The translations under genes and the position numbers were made by a program. From contig CAZPGO010000026.1 in assembly GCA_964586355.1 (NCBI GenBank), forward strand, positions 1 through 29,450: 29,450 nt of DNA, read 5' to 3'. This stretch comes from an uncultured archaeon (GTDB taxonomy: Archaea > Iainarchaeota > Iainarchaeia > Iainarchaeales > CSSED10-239). Under the pieces are notes generated by a model, which did not search any database, was not told the origin of the DNA, and was given only the letters and a program-made list of their open reading frames with translations. The stretch's first letter is position 1, and each line of letters begins with the position of its first letter. This document shows, piece after piece, positions 25,829-29,450 of this stretch.

Positions 25829-26917
25829 ATGAAAAATATGAACTTAACAATAGAAGAAAAATTTAAACTAATAGAAGAAGTTGGAGAAGAAATAATTGGT
25901 AGAGAAGAGCTAATAGAACTTCTAAAATCAGGCAAAAAAATAATAGCCTATGACGGTTTTGAACCCTCTGGAAGAATACATATAGCTCAAGGGCTTATGA
26001 GGGCTATAAATGTAAACAAATTAACAAAAGCAGGCATTCACTTTAAATTTTGGGTTGCAGATTGGTTTGCTTTAATGAATAATAAACTAGATGGCGATCT
26101 AGAAAAAATAAAAACAGTAGGAAAATACTTTATAGAAGTCTGGAAAGCCTGTGGAATGGATTTAGAAAATGTAGAATTTTTATGGGCTTCTGAAAACCAG
26201 AATCAAGAATATTGGTTAATGGTATTAAAGATTGCAAAATTTAACACAGTAACAAGAATTACAAGATGCTCACAGATTATGGGTAGATCAGAAAAAGAAG
26301 AACTACAAGCAGCACAAATATTTTATCCCTGTATGCAGGCAGCAGATATTTTTAATCTTAAAGTAGATATTGCACAACTAGGAATGGACCAAAGAAAAGT
26401 AAATGTTTTAGCAAGAGAAGTAGCACAAAAACTTGGACAGAAAAAACCAATTGCTGTTCATAATCACATGCTTATGGGGCTATTAGAACCAAAGACAGAA
26501 GGACTTACTGGCGCAGAAGCAGCAATAGCTAAAAAAATGTCCAAATCTAATCCTAATTCTGCTATTTTTATGACAGACACAAGAGAAGAAATATTTTCTA
26601 AATTTAAAAAAGCTTATTGTCCTGAGGGAATGATAATAGATAACCCTATATTAGAATATTGTAAATATATAATCTTTGAAAAAATAGAGGAATTTGAAGT
26701 AAAAAGACCAGAAAAGTTTGGTGGAGATATAGTTTATAATAACTATGAAGAATTAGAAAAAGATTTTGTAGAAAAAAAACTACATCCTATGGATCTTAAA
26801 AACTCAGCAGCAAATTACATAGATCAATTAATTGAACCTGTTAGAAACCATTTTGAAACAGATCCCAAGGCTAAAGAACTGTTAGAAAAGGTAAATAGTT
26901 ACAATATTACTAGATAA
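25829..26917 (+). CDS. tyrS: Tyrosine--tRNA ligase, archaeal/eukaryotic type
   Basis: AYDGFEPSGRIHIAQG is the HIGH region and KKMSKS is the KMSKS loop. The C-terminal block KKAYCPEG..NPILEY...KRPEKFGGD...YEELEKDF..KKLHPMDLKN is near-identical in pattern to the M. jannaschii TyrRS sequence as I recall it. Confidence 0.95.
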   Translation: MKNMNLTIEEKFKLIEEVGEEIIGREELIELLKSGKKIIAYDGFEPSGRIHIAQGLMRAINVNKLTKAGIHFKFWVADWFALMNNKLDGDLEKIKTVGKYFIEVWKACGMDLENVEFLWASENQNQEYWLMVLKIAKFNTVTRITRCSQIMGRSEKEELQAAQIFYPCMQAADIFNLKVDIAQLGMDQRKVNVLAREVAQKLGQKKPIAVHNHMLMGLLEPKTEGLTGAEAAIAKKMSKSNPNSAIFMTDTREEIFSKFKKAYCPEGMIIDNPILEYCKYIIFEKIEEFEVKRPEKFGGDIVYNNYEELEKDFVEKKLHPMDLKNSAANYIDQLIEPVRNHFETDPKAKELLEKVNSYNITR

Positions 26918-27041
26918 AACATAAAAGAATTGGTTTTTAAATATTTTCTTGAGTAAATATATTATTCTATTAACTATACAAAATTAATTATTCCATACGA
27001 TTAACAGCCTCCTATATAAAAAATAAAGAGGATGAATTATA

Positions 27042-29267
27042 ATGAGAAAAAAAGAAACTAAAATAATAACAACATTTACAGAAATAAAAAAAGAACCTGA
27101 TGTAATTGATGGAAACATCTATTCTCCCGAAATTAGTTTAATACCAGAAACTAAAGAAAATGTTACTGCAAATAAAAAAATTGCAGAAAAAAAGCCAGTA
27201 ACTAAAAAGAAAGCCCCAGCAAAAAAAAAAACAACTAAAAAAACTGCAGAAAAAGAAGAGAACAAAACAAAAAAAAAGGTAAAAAAACCAGCAACTAAAA
27301 AAAACGCACCAGCAAAAAAAGAAGAAAATAAAACAAAGAAAAAAGTAAAAAAACCGATTACTAAAAAAAAAGCAACTACAAAGAAAAAAATAAAAATTCC
27401 AAAAGATGCAAAAAAAATTAAAAAGAAAATAGAAGAATATTCTAAACAAAATATTTTAGATCTATTAAAAAAACAAGAAAAAACACCTAATTATTATATT
27501 ATTTCTCCAGTAGATCTAAAACTATTAAACAAATATAAAATAGATACAAAAAAATATTTATCTAGACTAAAAAAAGCAAAAACAAAATACTCTGTTCTAA
27601 AAAGATTAGGATATGATATTAAAGATCTACATAACTACAAAATATCAGAACTAAAAAATATTCAGACACCTTTAGAGGCAATACTTTCTTTTAATTTTAC
27701 AGCAGATAAACTTTTAAAAAACGGAATTAATAAAAAATATTTAAGTAAAAAAAAGATATCCTTAAGAAGTTTAAAACTTAAAAAATTCCCAGCCAAATTA
27801 CTTTATACCCTAGGATATAGTATAAAAGATCTAAAAAGAGTTGGATTCTCTTTACTAGAGATCAGCAAAATCAACTACAAACTACAAGAACTAAAACTAG
27901 CAGGATATAAACCAAAGGATCTTAAAAAAATGGGAATAAGTATAAATAATATAATCTCATTAAACTATTCAGTAGCAGATCTTAAAAAAATAGGCGTTAG
28001 TGCAAGAATACTAAAAGAAAAAAACTACTCTTTAAAAAAACTTAAAAAACACTATTCAGTAAAAGAACTTCTTGCAGCAGGATTTACAACGAAACAACTA
28101 ATCTTAGAAGGCTTTGATCTACAAGAAATGAAAACAGAAGATGTTGTTGTAAAAAATGTAAAAGAACTAATAGCCTCAAAAATAACAATAAAAGAACTTC
28201 TGGAATCAGGATTTACATTAAAAGAACTTCTAGAAAATGATATTAGCTTAGAAGAATGCCATAAAGAAAAAATAAATGCAAAAGATCTTTTTAATCTTGG
28301 TGTTACTTTACAAAAACTTAGAGAAGCAGGATATACTGTAGAAGAATTAATAGATATTGCAAAAACAGATATAAAAAATGCAGATTTAGAAAGATTAAAC
28401 TTAGAAGAACTAAAGTTTTTAAAATACACTGTAAAAGATCTACTTGCTTTAGGATATACAGTAAGAGAGCTTTATATCTCTGGATATTCAGCAAAAGAAC
28501 TATATGAGTCAGGAATTAGTTTTAAAGAACTTTTAGAAAGTGGATGCTCAAGCTTTGAAGTAAGAGAACTTGGATGTGATATTAAGGACTTCATACTATA
28601 TGGATTTGATCTTTCTAAACTAAAACAATCAGGATTTAGTGCATTAGAGCTTAATTTAGCAGGGTATAGCCTATTTGACCTTAAACAAGCTGGGTTTAGC
28701 CCCAGGGCTTTATTAAATATTGGATATACCGCAAAACAATTTAGATCTGTTGGGTATAGTGGACAAGAACTTTATCTTGCTGGCTTTGATTTAAGTGCTT
28801 TAAAGTTTGCAGGATATAGACCTAAAGAACTAAGAGGATTAGGATTAGAAATTTGCGAATTCAAAAATGCAGGATACCTAGCAAAAGAAATGAGAGTATC
28901 AGGTTTTAGTGCTAAAGAACTAGCACCAACCTATAGCTGTAAAGAACTTAAAAAAGCAGGATTTGATGCAAGTTCATTAAAGGATGCTGGCTTTAGTGCT
29001 AGTGACCTGCATGAGATTGGATTTACTCATAGAGAACTACACTTAGCTGGTTTTAATGCAAAAGAAGTTAGTCAACTAGGATATAGTATAAGACAACTAA
29101 GACTAATAAGATACTCTGCAAAAGAACTAAGAGTTTTAGGATACTCCGCAAAAGAACTAAGAAACGGCGGATTTACTTTAGATCAACTTAGAGCAGCTGG
29201 ATATAATCAAAAAGAACTAGAAGATGCTGGTTATGATGTTGATAAAATAAAACTTCTACCAGACTAG
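27042..29267 (+). CDS. Lys-rich (H1-like) N-terminus + ~50 tandem decapeptide repeats (xG[YF][ST]x[KR][ED]Lxx); function unknown
   Basis: The 741-aa ORF has no signal peptide or TM. Residues ~44-130 are KKPxTKKK-type. From residue ~185 to the end there is a 10-residue periodicity, for example LGYTVRELYI SGYSAKELYE SGISFKELLE ... LGYSAKELRN GGFTLDQLRA AGYNQKELED. Confidence 0.85.
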   Translation: MRKKETKIITTFTEIKKEPDVIDGNIYSPEISLIPETKENVTANKKIAEKKPVTKKKAPAKKKTTKKTAEKEENKTKKKVKKPATKKNAPAKKEENKTKKKVKKPITKKKATTKKKIKIPKDAKKIKKKIEEYSKQNILDLLKKQEKTPNYYIISPVDLKLLNKYKIDTKKYLSRLKKAKTKYSVLKRLGYDIKDLHNYKISELKNIQTPLEAILSFNFTADKLLKNGINKKYLSKKKISLRSLKLKKFPAKLLYTLGYSIKDLKRVGFSLLEISKINYKLQELKLAGYKPKDLKKMGISINNIISLNYSVADLKKIGVSARILKEKNYSLKKLKKHYSVKELLAAGFTTKQLILEGFDLQEMKTEDVVVKNVKELIASKITIKELLESGFTLKELLENDISLEECHKEKINAKDLFNLGVTLQKLREAGYTVEELIDIAKTDIKNADLERLNLEELKFLKYTVKDLLALGYTVRELYISGYSAKELYESGISFKELLESGCSSFEVRELGCDIKDFILYGFDLSKLKQSGFSALELNLAGYSLFDLKQAGFSPRALLNIGYTAKQFRSVGYSGQELYLAGFDLSALKFAGYRPKELRGLGLEICEFKNAGYLAKEMRVSGFSAKELAPTYSCKELKKAGFDASSLKDAGFSASDLHEIGFTHRELHLAGFNAKEVSQLGYSIRQLRLIRYSAKELRVLGYSAKELRNGGFTLDQLRAAGYNQKELEDAGYDVDKIKLLPD
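27255..27386 (+). repeat. Imperfect 66-bp tandem duplication encoding EENKTKKKVKKP(A/I)TKK... twice
   Basis: 27255-27320 and 27321-27386 align with roughly four-fifths identity by eye. They encode two 22-aa Lys-rich units. Confidence 0.7.
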
Positions 29268-29355
29268 TTTTTTTCTATTTTTTTTATAAAAAGATAAGTA
29301 TATAAATATTAGATCTATGTGTATATATATATAAATATAAATAAATCGATTAAAT

Positions 29356-29450
29356 ATGGGAAAAAATAAAAAAAATACTTTAAAAAAAAAATCACAAATA
29401 CATTTGTTAATGATTGGTGGTTTACTACTTATTGCTGTTATTGTTTTATT
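29356..29450 (+). CDS. Start of a hypothetical N-terminally anchored protein (runs off the window)
   Basis: The ATG at 29356 gives MGKNKKNTLKKKSQIHLLMIGGLLLIAVIVL..., a basic N-terminus followed by a hydrophobic helix. Only 31 codons are visible. Confidence 0.35.
   Translation, partial: MGKNKKNTLKKKSQIHLLMIGGLLLIAVIVL

Noticed and set aside
25738-25935. 66-codon N-terminal extension of the DAC ORF as given in the ORF track.
   Set aside because: The extension is Ser/Ile/Phe low-complexity, overlaps the tyrS start and promoter region, and precedes a good internal ATG (25737) from which the DAC domain begins at normal distance.
1-29450. Search for tRNA, rRNA, CRISPR arrays, transposases/integrases and stop-codon reassignment.
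   Set aside because: No GC-rich ~75-nt islands or cloverleaf-capable segments are present. There are no regularly spaced direct repeats and no recombinase motifs. All family-assignable genes read through cleanly with the standard code and end at ordinary stops.

Overview
This is a very AT-rich window (about 25-30% G+C by eye) that is almost entirely coding. It reads as chromosome from a small-genome archaeon, probably DPANN-like. The evidence for an archaeon is archaeal-type LeuRS and TyrRS, Sua5, a Dph6-type domain, TATA-like boxes 20-40 nt upstream of starts, few Shine-Dalgarno sites and several GTG/TTG starts. I found no rRNA, tRNA, CRISPR array, transposase or integrase.

Housekeeping and core genes:
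- MacB-type ABC transporter (permease and ATPase)
- MscS channel
- Bud23-like methyltransferase
- leuS
- U32-family Fe-S protein, translationally coupled to a double PP-loop fusion protein
- a second SAM methyltransferase
- corA
- FAD-dependent dehydrogenase
- glmS
- sua5
- TspO
- PAP2 phosphatase
- DAC-domain diadenylate cyclase
- tyrS

Accessory or unusual content:
1. A single-gene Fic (AMPylase) cassette is bracketed by a perfect 39-bp direct repeat. The repeat duplicates the 5' end of the U32 gene. The cassette carries TGCCAA-type palindromes.
2. A 741-aa protein has a histone-H1-like lysine-rich N-terminus followed by about 50 tandem decapeptide repeats (consensus xG[YF]SxKELxx).
3. A 768-aa secreted Cys-rich protein has a C-terminus carrying lytic-transglycosylase (SLT)-like motifs.
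4. A toxin-first PIN(DUF3368-like)/RHH-UPF0175 pair sits next to an operator-like inverted repeat.
5. GATC, and especially AGATCT, is strongly over-represented across the window.

All functional calls rest on motifs read by eye in the supplied translations. None has been checked against a database.
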